From assembly GCA_902594855.1 (NCBI GenBank), contig CACJNS010000001.1, positions 625,335-689,334 of the forward strand: a stretch of 64,000 nucleotides of DNA, written 5' to 3'. Below are positions 31,540 to 41,557 of this stretch, piece after piece (position 1 is the stretch's first letter; every line of letters begins with the position of its first letter). The DNA is from an uncultured SAR86 cluster bacterium (GTDB taxonomy: Bacteria > Pseudomonadota > Gammaproteobacteria > Magnimaribacterales > AG-339-G14). The translations under genes and the position numbers were made by a program. The notes under the pieces were generated by a model. That model was given only the letters and a program-made list of their open reading frames with translations, was not told where the DNA came from and did no database searches.

Positions 31540-32828
31540 TCTAAATTAATCCAACTTCCGTGAAAGCCAAAAGGTACTCTCTGTGGAAGGGAGACAGTAG
31601 CTAGGGGTTCATCTGAAAAATTGTTTCCATCAATGATTACGAATTCACTCGAGTCAGAAGTTTTATCGTAGACGAAACCTACAACAAAGCCATCATCTTC
31701 ACTAACAGCATTTTTCTTTGGAATGAAAACAGGCTCAGCGACTTGTTTGTTCTCTCCTAAAAAATGCTCATTAGTCTTATCTTTAAAAAAGTCTCTTTTA
31801 AAAAATCTATTTAAATTGCCATCATTAAGCATGTACCCAAACTGGTGCTCTTGACCATCAAGATCAGGATGTACTCTAGAGAATTCCATGGATCTATCAT
31901 CTAGCATAGTTTCTTTGCATGACTTCTTTTCAATGTCTATAACCCATCTAGTTAGAAAAGGCTTATGACCCATGGGCAAAGGATTTTCAAAATCAAACAG
32001 TTTATCGTACCGACAAAAATCAAGAATCACTTCGCCAGCTTCATTTTCATAAGAATTAACAATGTGAAATAAAAAACCTTTCGGAACATCTATCCAAGTT
32101 ATCTCATCTGAGTGTCTGGACTGCAAACCGACTCTTGAATTATGATCTTCATCCCAAATCACCGGATAGTCACCAGAACTTGCTTTATTTTGTCCTTCTC
32201 TTCTGCCTAAATTAAAGGTTGCAGGCAGATCAAAAACCAAAATATAGTTTTCCGTGATTGCACAATCATGAACCATTGGACGGCTTGAAAGTTCTATAAT
32301 TTGATCTTTTGTTTGTTTTCCATTTTTGTCAATCACTACATAGTGAACTTGTTCCTTTCCTTTTAAATATTCATTAAAGTCATAACTGATGGCATGCATC
32401 TCTCCAGATTTACTGTCAATTTTTGGATGCGCAGTGAATCTCTTGTTTCGCGCAGAAGGAAAGGGCTCATCATCTAGGAAGTTCATTTCTTCATCCATAA
32501 TAACTGGAGCAAGTCCGCCTTCCACAAGAGCGTATATTTTATTTCCATGTTTCATGACGTGAGTATTTGGACCAAATCCATTAGGGGAGGTCACAAATTT
32601 ATTTCGGTACCAAAGAGCCTGACCGTTTTCAAGTCTTAGACCATGAATCATGCCATCGCCAAAAAAAGGATGATAATTAGTCTCATCAAATTTTTTTGGA
32701 TTTGGACCGTTTCTGAGAAACAATCCAGCTAATTCCTTTGGAATTTCTCCCGCGACTTTTAAGTTTTCAGCCGAAGTTTCTTCAACAGGATGCCAATTAC
32801 CATCTAAGAATTTATTTTTACTTTTCAT
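31536..32828 (-). CDS. carotenoid/apocarotenoid cleavage oxygenase (CCD/RPE65 family)
   Basis: LRNGPNP and the His-containing family motifs HPFFGDGMIHG, TAHPKID, MVHDCAITENY, FHIVNSYE and FGFHGSW are all present. 430 aa. Confidence 0.88.
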   Translation of the reverse strand: MKSKNKFLDGNWHPVEETSAENLKVAGEIPKELAGLFLRNGPNPKKFDETNYHPFFGDGMIHGLRLENGQALWYRNKFVTSPNGFGPNTHVMKHGNKIYALVEGGLAPVIMDEEMNFLDDEPFPSARNKRFTAHPKIDSKSGEMHAISYDFNEYLKGKEQVHYVVIDKNGKQTKDQIIELSSRPMVHDCAITENYILVFDLPATFNLGRREGQNKASSGDYPVIWDEDHNSRVGLQSRHSDEITWIDVPKGFLFHIVNSYENEAGEVILDFCRYDKLFDFENPLPMGHKPFLTRWVIDIEKKSCKETMLDDRSMEFSRVHPDLDGQEHQFGYMLNDGNLNRFFKRDFFKDKTNEHFLGENKQVAEPVFIPKKNAVSEDDGFVVGFVYDKTSDSSEFVIIDGNNFSDEPLATVSLPQRVPFGFHGSWINLD

Positions 32829-33432
32829 CGTTTTCTCTTGCTTGTTTCATTACTCCAAACGGGTCTTTCCATATTGAATACACAAAGATAATAACAAAAA
32901 TTATACCCATACCAATTAAGAAATTTTCTATAAATACTTCTCCCAAGAAATATCCTGATAAAACGTATAAGCCTGTCCAAACAGGTGCAGATAATATTTC
33001 AACCGGAGCGAAAATGGTAAATCTCATACCCAGAGAGCCAGCAGTCATCGGTACAAGACATCTCAAAGGTCCTAAAAACCGACCTAAAGCAACAGACAAT
33101 ATTCCATACTTATTCATAAATTGCTTGGCTTGATGAAGTTGTTTCTGATATTGATTTGGTACCCAGGTCTCAATTTTTGTGCCAATCATTAGTCCTATTG
33201 CATAGCTAACGGTGTCGCCAATAATCATTCCTAAACTAGCATAAAACATAATCTCAACTGGGCCGATACCAACTGCTGCGGCTAAGGCACCAATTCCTGG
33301 CATGACCAAACTTGCTGGAATGAATAAACCAAGAATTACTATGGACTCTCCAAAAGTAAGCAGGAACATAGCCGAAGTAATCCAAGCAGGATTAGCTTGA
33401 AGAAATTCCATAATGTTACTTAGATCAAACAA
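32818..33432 (-). CDS. DedA-family membrane protein
   Basis: SNARE-associated/DedA pattern (FGESIVILGLFIP, GRFLGPLRCLVP). Its end overlaps the start of the oxygenase gene by 11 nt. TTG start at 33432; an ATG at 33411 is an alternative. Confidence 0.85.
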   Translation of the reverse strand: MFDLSNIMEFLQANPAWITSAMFLLTFGESIVILGLFIPASLVMPGIGALAAAVGIGPVEIMFYASLGMIIGDTVSYAIGLMIGTKIETWVPNQYQKQLHQAKQFMNKYGILSVALGRFLGPLRCLVPMTAGSLGMRFTIFAPVEILSAPVWTGLYVLSGYFLGEVFIENFLIGMGIIFVIIFVYSIWKDPFGVMKQARENDEK

Positions 33433-33476
33433 AATATCTTTCTGGAAATAATAAAATCCATAGCATAATAACTCAT

Positions 33477-34739
33477 ATGACGAATCAAAAGTTTAAGAAA
33501 GAGCTAAATTTTTTAGGAGCTAAAGCAAAAGAAGCAAAGGAATTCTTGCTCAATTCGTCTGTGGACACCCGAAATGATGCTTTAAAATTTGCCTGCGAGG
33601 AAATACATAAAAACAGATCTGATCTTTTTAAAGAAAATGAAAAGGATTTAGAGGAAGCAAAAAAGTTGGACTTGCAAAATAGTTTCATTGACAGACTTGA
33701 GCTAAATGAAAAGAGAGTAGACTCAATGATAGATGGCCTCAATAAGGTCATAAACCTAAACGATCCTATTGGAGAGTTAGAAGAAATGAATCCTTCACCA
33801 TCAGGATTCAAAGTTAGTAAGATGAGAGTGCCATTAGGCACTATAGGAATTATCTATGAATCAAGACCAAATGTAACAGCTGATGCTTCAGCTTTATGCA
33901 TTAAATCGGGAAACGCATCAATCTTAAGAGGGGGGTCTGAGGCCGTTCGTTCAAATAATCACATTGTTACACAAGTAAGAAAAGGCCTTTCAAAAGCTAA
34001 TTTACCTGAAGACAGTGTTCAATTGATTCAAAATCAAGATCGAGACTTGGTTAAAGAATTCATCAAATTTGATGACTGCATTGATTTAATTATTCCGCGA
34101 GGAGGATCTAGTTTGGTGAGGCTAATTGCTGCAGAATCAAAAGTTCCAATACTTAAGCATTTTGAGGGATTGTGTCATATATTCGTTGACTCTGAAGCCG
34201 ATGTAGAACTTGCTCAAAAAGTTGTAAGCAATGCAAAATCTTACAGGTATGGTATCTGCGGAGCTATGGAAACCCTTCTAGTCTCTGAAGATATTGCCCA
34301 AAAATTCTTACCAAATATAGTTAATGAATTTAATCAGCAAGGAGTTGAAGTGAGAGCATGCAGTAAGACTCTCAATACTATCTCAGCGAACAAAGCTACT
34401 GAAGAAGATTGGTCAACAGAATATCTAGAACCAATTATTTCAATTAAGATCGTCAAAGGCTTAGATGAAGCAATAAAGCACATTAATGATTATGGCTCCG
34501 GCCATACGGATAGCATCATCACTGAAAACCAAGACAAAAAGGAAAAATTTTTTAAGTTAGTGGACTCAAGCTCTGTCATGCACAATTTACCAACTTGTTA
34601 TGCAGATGGATTCGAATATGGTCTGGGAGCTGAGGTCGGAATATCAACAGATAAACTGCATGCCAGAGGCCCTGTAGGACTGAATGGTTTAACAACTCAA
34701 AAGTTTATTTTGGAAGGAAGAGGCCAAATTAGATCTTGA
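33477..34739 (+). CDS. proA: gamma-glutamyl phosphate reductase
   Basis: Aldehyde dehydrogenase-type fold, 420 aa (IYESRPNVTADA, catalytic Cys in the YGICGAMETLLV context). Confidence 0.95.
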   Translation: MTNQKFKKELNFLGAKAKEAKEFLLNSSVDTRNDALKFACEEIHKNRSDLFKENEKDLEEAKKLDLQNSFIDRLELNEKRVDSMIDGLNKVINLNDPIGELEEMNPSPSGFKVSKMRVPLGTIGIIYESRPNVTADASALCIKSGNASILRGGSEAVRSNNHIVTQVRKGLSKANLPEDSVQLIQNQDRDLVKEFIKFDDCIDLIIPRGGSSLVRLIAAESKVPILKHFEGLCHIFVDSEADVELAQKVVSNAKSYRYGICGAMETLLVSEDIAQKFLPNIVNEFNQQGVEVRACSKTLNTISANKATEEDWSTEYLEPIISIKIVKGLDEAIKHINDYGSGHTDSIITENQDKKEKFFKLVDSSSVMHNLPTCYADGFEYGLGAEVGISTDKLHARGPVGLNGLTTQKFILEGRGQIRS

Positions 34740-35386
34740 GTAAAAAAGATTACATCGGGATCTTTGGAGGATCTTTTGATCCTATTCATAAAGGGCATAT
34801 AGAGTCCTTAAAAAGCGTCACCGAGCAATTAAACTTATCTCAGGTATTAGTTATACCGAACAAGGTTTCTCCTTTAAAAGACCTGTCAGTTGCAAGCTCA
34901 TTGGAAAAAATCAAAATGCTTGAAATAGCTTTCAAAGACTTCAAAGAGATTGAAATTGAAGATTACGAATTAAAGAAGGAAGGCCCATCTTTTATGATTG
35001 AAACCCTGCAATACTTGGATAATAAATTAGGAAAGAAAAAACATTTTTTATTGATTATCGGGGAGGATTCATTTCAAAGTTTTCATCGTTGGAAAAACTA
35101 TCAACACATCATAAAAATGACGTCATTATTAGTAATGAATCGACCTGGCTTAAAAAATGATCTAACTGCAAAGGCAACTGCACTCCATAAGGATTGTATT
35201 GAAAATACCTATGGAGATAACAATTTTAAAAAAGGAAAAATTTATTTTATTAAAATTAAACCAAACCCAGCTTCGTCAACTCATATTAGAGAGAATATAG
35301 ATGATCAAAATGTTTTGTCGGAGGGTCTTGACGATGATGTGTTGAAGTATTTAAAAGAGCAAAAGATCTATAATAAACATGACTAA
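34736..35386 (+). CDS. nadD: nicotinate-nucleotide adenylyltransferase
   Basis: TTG start overlapping the proA stop. GIFGGSFDPIHKGH motif. Confidence 0.9.
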   Translation: MSKKDYIGIFGGSFDPIHKGHIESLKSVTEQLNLSQVLVIPNKVSPLKDLSVASSLEKIKMLEIAFKDFKEIEIEDYELKKEGPSFMIETLQYLDNKLGKKKHFLLIIGEDSFQSFHRWKNYQHIIKMTSLLVMNRPGLKNDLTAKATALHKDCIENTYGDNNFKKGKIYFIKIKPNPASSTHIRENIDDQNVLSEGLDDDVLKYLKEQKIYNKHD

Positions 35387-35705
35387 AACTTCTCATAATT
35401 TAATCATGAACTCTTTGGAAGAATTAAAGGCAGTAGATACCAAAATATTGTCTTTAAAAGAAATAAGTAGTTTCACTGATATCATGATCATAACTTCTGG
35501 CACTTCCTCCAGACACATGTCTGCTATTTCAGACAAAATTCAAGAGAACCTCAAGGAAAAATCCATCCCAATTATCTCAGTGGAAGGAAAAGGTTCAAGC
35601 GAATGGGTGTTATTAGATTTAGGAGATATTGTAGTCAACATAATGTCCAAATCTGCAAGAGAACTTTATGATCTAGAGAGTCTTTGGGACCCTGATTTAT
35701 TGTAG
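35379..35705 (+). CDS. rsfS: ribosome silencing factor RsfS (iojap)
   Basis: 108 aa. FTDIMIITSGTSSRHMSAISDKI and WVLLDLGDIVVNIM motifs. Conserved position after nadD. Confidence 0.88.
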   Translation: MTKTSHNLIMNSLEELKAVDTKILSLKEISSFTDIMIITSGTSSRHMSAISDKIQENLKEKSIPIISVEGKGSSEWVLLDLGDIVVNIMSKSARELYDLESLWDPDLL

Positions 35706-35707
35706 CA

Positions 35708-37519
35708 ATGAAAATAAAAAAGTTTTTTTCGGGTAAACGAGACTCAGAGTCCAGCAAGCTCGTACTGTACTTAATTTTTCCTATTTTTATTATGTTTTTA
35801 GTTTTGCTACAAACTTTTAATTTGACAGTTTTAAATGGAAAAAAATATGAAACTCAGTCAGAGAACAATAGAATCGTATCTAGAACAATCTATCCTACGA
35901 GAGGACTAATTTACGATACACAAGATAAGTTATTAGTTGAAAATATTGCCTCATCACAATTGAATCTGGTTCCTGAAAGGTCAATTGATACCTTAAAAAA
36001 AATCAAAGAGATTGCTGACCTTTTGAATTTAGAAAAGTCTTTCTTGTTAGATATCTATGAAAAACAAATAAAAAAACCTAGGTATCCTTTTCAACCAATT
36101 ACCCTAGCTAAATCATTGAATGATGAGCAGATAGCTTTATTTAGCGTTTCAAGTGAAAAATTTAAGGGATTTAGCGTAGAAACCGGTTTAGTCAGATCTG
36201 TAGTAAATAAGAAATCATTAGCTCATGTTCTAGGTTATATGGGATATTCCGAGTTAAATGATGTTAATAAAAGTTCAAATTTTATTTCAGGTAATCAAAT
36301 TGGAATTTCTGGGATAGAGAAAACTTATAATGATCAATTAAGTGGCATAGTAGGTACGAGAATTGAGGAAAAAGATGTGTCTGGTAAGTTTGTTCGGGTT
36401 CTATCTGAAGATAATGCTGAAAGCGGGAAAGACTTAAAACTATCTATCGACCTTGATTTCCAAAACTTCTTAATTCCTTTTTTTGAGGGACAAAAAGGTG
36501 CTCTGGTAGCATTAGAACCTAAGTCAGGGTTGATTAAGGCATTAATAAGTTCACCTGCTTACGATCCAAATATTTTTAACTCAAGCAGTTCTTTAGCTGA
36601 AATCCAATCCATCTTCAGTGACGATGAAGGACCTTTATTCAACAGGGCAACTATGGGTAATTATCCACCTGCATCAACTATCAAACCAATTCTTGGATTA
36701 GCAGCTCTTGATGAGGGAATAGTCGATTGGAATACTATTATTCAAGATGATGGAGAATTTTATGTTGAAGGTGATCCTCGACCTTACACAGGTTGGAAGA
36801 AAGATGGTCATGGCAAGGTTGATCTAGAAAAAGCGATCGTGGAATCTTCGGATATTTATTTTTATTCTACAGCCTATGATCTTACGATAAAAAGGTTAGA
36901 ACCTTTTCTGAATAAATTTGGCTTTGGTGGTAAGACCAATATTGATGCGGAAGAATCAAATGGACTTGTCCCTAATGAAAAATGGAAGTTAGGCTACATA
37001 GGAGAGTTTTGGTTCAAAGGAGACACTATCAACTTAGGCATTGGTCAAGGTTATATGCTTTCCACCCCCATACAAATTTCTCAGGCTATAGCGGTAATAG
37101 CTAATAGAGGAGAGATAATTAAACCTCGTCTAGTAGAAGAAATTGATAAATCACCTACAGAATTAGAGTCTTTAGGAAAAATTAACCTTAAAGATGATAC
37201 TAATTGGGAAAAAATTGAAAAATCAATGATCGAAGTCATTAACGCACCAAATGGCACTGCAAACAATATAAAGGATACTAGATATGTGATTGCAGGTAAG
37301 ACCGGTACAGCCCAAATCAAAAGTTATGAAGATCAGGAGTATGAAGATATTAGAGAAAATCCATTCTTCAGAGATCATGCTTTATTCGTTGGTTATGCTC
37401 CTATCCCTGATCCAGAACTTCTTATATTGGTAATCATTGAAAATGGAGAATCTGGAAGCAGGGTAGCGGCACCAATCGCTAAAGCAGGCTTTGATTTTTA
37501 TTTAACTAAGAATGAGTAG
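35708..37519 (+). CDS. mrdA: penicillin-binding protein 2 (elongasome transpeptidase)
   Basis: N-terminal transmembrane anchor, SxxK (ASTIKP) and KTGTAQ motifs. Followed by rodA. Confidence 0.93.
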   Translation: MKIKKFFSGKRDSESSKLVLYLIFPIFIMFLVLLQTFNLTVLNGKKYETQSENNRIVSRTIYPTRGLIYDTQDKLLVENIASSQLNLVPERSIDTLKKIKEIADLLNLEKSFLLDIYEKQIKKPRYPFQPITLAKSLNDEQIALFSVSSEKFKGFSVETGLVRSVVNKKSLAHVLGYMGYSELNDVNKSSNFISGNQIGISGIEKTYNDQLSGIVGTRIEEKDVSGKFVRVLSEDNAESGKDLKLSIDLDFQNFLIPFFEGQKGALVALEPKSGLIKALISSPAYDPNIFNSSSSLAEIQSIFSDDEGPLFNRATMGNYPPASTIKPILGLAALDEGIVDWNTIIQDDGEFYVEGDPRPYTGWKKDGHGKVDLEKAIVESSDIYFYSTAYDLTIKRLEPFLNKFGFGGKTNIDAEESNGLVPNEKWKLGYIGEFWFKGDTINLGIGQGYMLSTPIQISQAIAVIANRGEIIKPRLVEEIDKSPTELESLGKINLKDDTNWEKIEKSMIEVINAPNGTANNIKDTRYVIAGKTGTAQIKSYEDQEYEDIRENPFFRDHALFVGYAPIPDPELLILVIIENGESGSRVAAPIAKAGFDFYLTKNE

Positions 37520-38612
37520 AAACCCTTTAGAATTTTCTTTATCTTCTAGAATGATTAAGCCAAATAGGTGGCTTAATCAAGATTGGTTAGTTCTTTTCTT
37601 AATCATTTCTTTAGTTAGTTTTGGGTTAATGATGATCTACAGTGCTTCTGGCTCTGTAGAGATGGTTTTGAGACAAGGTATTTTTGCAGTGACCGGCATT
37701 GTCTTTATGATCTACTTATCTTTCAGCGATTATCAGAGGTTATTGCCCATTTATTTGAATGTATTTTGGATAGGAATATTTTTTTTACTGGTAGTTCTTG
37801 TAATTCCATCTGATGTATCTACAAGAAGGTGGATTGATCTGGGAATTTTTGGTTTTCAGCCTTCTGAGCTCATGCGTTGTGTTTTGACAATAAGTGCGGC
37901 AGCTTTTCTTTCCAGAAACCCAAGAATAATCTTTAGAGATTGGATGATAGTTATTGGAGTGAGTTTTTTCTCCTTTTTTCTAGTTTTTATTCAACCTGAT
38001 TTAGGAACTGCGATTATGGTTTTGATTTCGGGCATTCTTCCAGTTTTAATATCTGGATTTCCTGTTAGTTTTCAAATAATTGGAATAGTTATTATTTTAT
38101 TATCTACGCCTTTTATTTGGATGAATTTATTGGATTATCAAAAACAAAGAGTGCTCACTTTTTTTGATCCTAATTCAGATCCATTAGGTACCGGATGGAA
38201 TATTATCCAATCACAAATAGCTGTCGGCTCTGGAAGTCTTTTTGGTAAAGGATTTCTACAAGGAACTCAAAGCCAATTAAATTTTGTACCTGAAAGTCAT
38301 ACAGATTTTATTTTCGCTGTTGTGGCTGAAGAATTTGGATTATTCGGAGTAATGGGGCTGTTCTTGGTATACTTATTATTAGCTTTTAGATTAGTTATGA
38401 TTGCAAGAAACTCAAATTTTCTTTTTGTAAAACTAGTAGCGGGCACATTCATCTTTCTTCTTTTAACTTATGTAGCATTCAACACTGCTATGGTTGTTGG
38501 AATTTTACCAGTCGTCGGCATGCCACTTCCTTTCTTGAGTCAAGGTGGGACAGCATTAATCATTAACATGATCATGATCGGAATTATTTTGTCTTTCAGG
38601 AGGACAGCATGA
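37512..38612 (+). CDS. rodA: SEDS-family peptidoglycan polymerase RodA
   Basis: FtsW/RodA/SpoVE pattern (QPSELMR, PESHTDFIF, PLPFLSQGGT). Confidence 0.93.
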   Translation: MSRNPLEFSLSSRMIKPNRWLNQDWLVLFLIISLVSFGLMMIYSASGSVEMVLRQGIFAVTGIVFMIYLSFSDYQRLLPIYLNVFWIGIFFLLVVLVIPSDVSTRRWIDLGIFGFQPSELMRCVLTISAAAFLSRNPRIIFRDWMIVIGVSFFSFFLVFIQPDLGTAIMVLISGILPVLISGFPVSFQIIGIVIILLSTPFIWMNLLDYQKQRVLTFFDPNSDPLGTGWNIIQSQIAVGSGSLFGKGFLQGTQSQLNFVPESHTDFIFAVVAEEFGLFGVMGLFLVYLLLAFRLVMIARNSNFLFVKLVAGTFIFLLLTYVAFNTAMVVGILPVVGMPLPFLSQGGTALIINMIMIGIILSFRRTA

Positions 38613-39565
38613 GAAGAATCATTTTTTTGATTATGTTTCTTACTCCGCTATGCTTTGCTGATTATTCTTCTCATGATGATGTAAAAAGTTTTATCAAAGA
38701 GATGCATCAAAAACATGATTTTGATCAAAACTATCTAATTTCAATTTTTTCAAGTGCCAATAAGCAGCAAAAGATCATTGATCTCATGAATAGACCTGCA
38801 GAAAAAACTTTTTCTTGGGATAAATATCGAAAAAGACTCGTTTCGCCCATGAGGATTGAAAATGGTCAAAAATTCTTAAGTAAATACATGACAGATTTTG
38901 TTGCCGCAGAAAAAGAATTTGGGGTCCCAAAAGAAATCATAGCTTCAATAATTGGCATTGAATCGAGTTATGGTTCCTTAAAAGGAAGTACCAGAGTGAT
39001 TGATTCTCTCGCTACTTTAAGTTTTGATTACCCTAGGAGATCGAAATTCTTTAAAATCCAGTTAGAGAATTTTTTATTACTTTCAAGGGAAGAAAATTTT
39101 GATCCTCTCAAATTAAACGGTTCTTACGCTGGAGCCATGGGCTATGGACAATTTTTACCTGATTCTTATAGGAGGCTCGCCATAGATTTTGATGATGATG
39201 GTGTAAGAGATATTATTAATAATCCAGTTGATGCCATCGGAAGTGTTGCCAATTACTTAAAGAGAAATGGTTGGCAGAAGGATGCAAATATTGCTGTAGA
39301 AGCCAACCTAGTTGACAAGCAAAATCCTATTTCAACGATTTGGAAAATGAAAAAGAACGAATACCTCGAATTAAAACCTAAAAATCAGGTCGAATTTGAT
39401 GATCTGAATAGTGAAACATACTTACAAGTTTCTGTTAGTGACAATTCTTATTGGATAGGAGGCAAGAACCTGAAGGTCTTATCAAGATATAATAAAAGCT
39501 CTTTTTACATTATTGCGGTATTTTTATTAAGCAAAGAGTTAGCTTTCACTATTAATGAGGTTTGA
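38609..39565 (+). CDS. mltB: lytic murein transglycosylase B
   Basis: IIGIESSYG and GSYAGAMGYGQFLPDSY motifs. Confidence 0.88.
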   Translation: MRRIIFLIMFLTPLCFADYSSHDDVKSFIKEMHQKHDFDQNYLISIFSSANKQQKIIDLMNRPAEKTFSWDKYRKRLVSPMRIENGQKFLSKYMTDFVAAEKEFGVPKEIIASIIGIESSYGSLKGSTRVIDSLATLSFDYPRRSKFFKIQLENFLLLSREENFDPLKLNGSYAGAMGYGQFLPDSYRRLAIDFDDDGVRDIINNPVDAIGSVANYLKRNGWQKDANIAVEANLVDKQNPISTIWKMKKNEYLELKPKNQVEFDDLNSETYLQVSVSDNSYWIGGKNLKVLSRYNKSSFYIIAVFLLSKELAFTINEV

Positions 39566-40718
39566 TTTGAGAATATTACTTATCTTCTTTCTACTTTCAA
39601 TTTCAAACATATCATCTCAGACTTTGATACCCGATCCTCCTGAGGTAAATGCAAAAAGTTACATTTTAGTTGAGGCTCATACCAATGAAATTATTTCAGA
39701 GCAAAATGCAGATCTGCCATCTGGTTTGGCCAGCTTAACAAAAATTATGACAGGTTATGTAGTTGCTGATCAGATTGAGAAAGGCTTCATATCAAAAGAA
39801 GATCAAGTTTTGATTTCTGAAGTTTGTTGGCGAATGGAGGGCTCAAGAATGTTTATCCAGGAAGGAAAAAGAGTTTCTGTTGATGATTTACTTAAAGGAA
39901 TGATTATTCAATCTGGTAATGATGCGAGCTGTGCTTTAGCTGAACATGTTGCTGGTACCCAAGGGGATTTTGCTGTCTTGATGAATGAGTATGCTTCTGA
40001 ATTGGGTATGCTAGATTCAAATTTTGTAAATCCAACAGGATTGCCTGATGTAAACCATTACTCAACCGCTAGAGATCTAGCAAAATTAAGCATCAGCATG
40101 ATAAATGATTTTCCAGAGCACTATGCTTTATATAAAGAAAAAGAATTTACTTTTGATGATATAAGACAATTGAATAGAAATAGCTTGCTCTGGCAAGACG
40201 ATTCCGTTGATGGGATTAAAACTGGGCATACAAATGACTCAGGATATTGTCTAGCTGGCTCTGCCATCAGAGGAGAAACAAGATTTGTCAGCATTGTATT
40301 GAATAGTGCATCCGAAAAGACAAGAATAAGAGATACAAGACGATTGCTGGACTATGCATTTAGGTTTTACCAAACAAAAACAATCGTTAAAGCATACGAG
40401 CCATTAACAACCATCGATGTTTGGGCTGGAATCGATGAAAAAGTCTCGCTAGGTTTAGGATCGGATTTAAAAATTACTCTGCAAAGAAATAAATTTAAAA
40501 ATCTTGAATTAGATTTGCCCAGCAGCTTGGGTGTAAGAGCGCCAATATCCAGGGATCAAAAACTCGATGAGTTAATTTTGTTATCTAATGGTGAAAGAAT
40601 TCAGTCTTATGATTTAGTAGCCATAACAGACGTAAAGAAAAAAAGTTTTATTTCAGCATTATGGGATAACTTAATTTTCTCCGTCTACAGTTTTTTCATG
40701 CAAGATGAAACTACTTAA
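39555..40718 (+). CDS. D-alanyl-D-alanine carboxypeptidase (PBP5/6 class)
   Basis: Signal peptide. SLTKIMT (SxxK), QSGND (SxN) and KTGHT (KTG) motifs. Confidence 0.9.
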   Translation: MRFDLRILLIFFLLSISNISSQTLIPDPPEVNAKSYILVEAHTNEIISEQNADLPSGLASLTKIMTGYVVADQIEKGFISKEDQVLISEVCWRMEGSRMFIQEGKRVSVDDLLKGMIIQSGNDASCALAEHVAGTQGDFAVLMNEYASELGMLDSNFVNPTGLPDVNHYSTARDLAKLSISMINDFPEHYALYKEKEFTFDDIRQLNRNSLLWQDDSVDGIKTGHTNDSGYCLAGSAIRGETRFVSIVLNSASEKTRIRDTRRLLDYAFRFYQTKTIVKAYEPLTTIDVWAGIDEKVSLGLGSDLKITLQRNKFKNLELDLPSSLGVRAPISRDQKLDELILLSNGERIQSYDLVAITDVKKKSFISALWDNLIFSVYSFFMQDETT

Positions 40719-41557
40719 TGTCTTTCTCTTCTTTAAACTTTGAGATAAAAGAATCTCATAAACTTTTTATATCTCCTTTTGATAGGGGCTTTATATTTGG
40801 GGATGCTGTTTACGAAATGATCCTATGTATAGACGGAAGATGTATCTTTCTTGAAGATCATCTTGCTAGGTTAAAGCAGAGTCTTGCATCCATAAAACTA
40901 ATTCCAGACTTTAAAGAAAAAAACTTAGAGGATGAAATTAATAGAATTGCAAAAGTAAATAATGCTCCTTTTCAAGCAATATACGTTCAAATTTCTAGAG
41001 GAGTCCAACTAATTAGAAATCATCTTCCTGGAGAAAATTTAAGTCCGACAGTCTTTATAACGTCTATCAAAATTGATGATCCATCAGATCGACACAAAGG
41101 AATTTCTGCTTTACTTAAAGATGATGAGAGGTGGTTAAAAACAGATATCAAATCTACATCTTTATTAGCAAATGTTTTGAATAAAATTGAAGCTGATTCT
41201 GAAGGCCATGACGAAGTAATCTTGCATAAAGGTGGTTTTTTAAATGAAGGCGCGGTATCAAACTTATTTCTATTCATAAATGATGATCTTCATACACCAT
41301 CTCTTGATGCAAACATACTGCCCGGCGTCACAAGGGCAAAACTCATTAATTTAGCGGAAGCTAATAACATAAATGTGATTCAAAGGATTATTCCCTTATC
41401 GGAAATTGATAACGCTCAAGAGGTTTTTATGTCTTCAACTACCAAAGGAGTTATTCCTGTAGTGAGAATAATAGGTTCTAAGTTTGATACAGATAAACCA
41501 GGTGATCTCACATTGAGACTAAGAGAAATATATTTACAAGAAATTTATCAAACATAA
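40718..41557 (+). CDS. dat: D-amino-acid aminotransferase (class IV PLP fold)
   Basis: DRGFIFGDAVYE, YVQISRG, RWLKTDIKSTSLLANVL (catalytic-Lys context resembling Bacillus Dat RWLRCDIKSLNLL), EGAVSNLF, ILPGVTR. The start shares 1 nt with the preceding stop. Confidence 0.8.
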   Translation: MSFSSLNFEIKESHKLFISPFDRGFIFGDAVYEMILCIDGRCIFLEDHLARLKQSLASIKLIPDFKEKNLEDEINRIAKVNNAPFQAIYVQISRGVQLIRNHLPGENLSPTVFITSIKIDDPSDRHKGISALLKDDERWLKTDIKSTSLLANVLNKIEADSEGHDEVILHKGGFLNEGAVSNLFLFINDDLHTPSLDANILPGVTRAKLINLAEANNINVIQRIIPLSEIDNAQEVFMSSTTKGVIPVVRIIGSKFDTDKPGDLTLRLREIYLQEIYQT

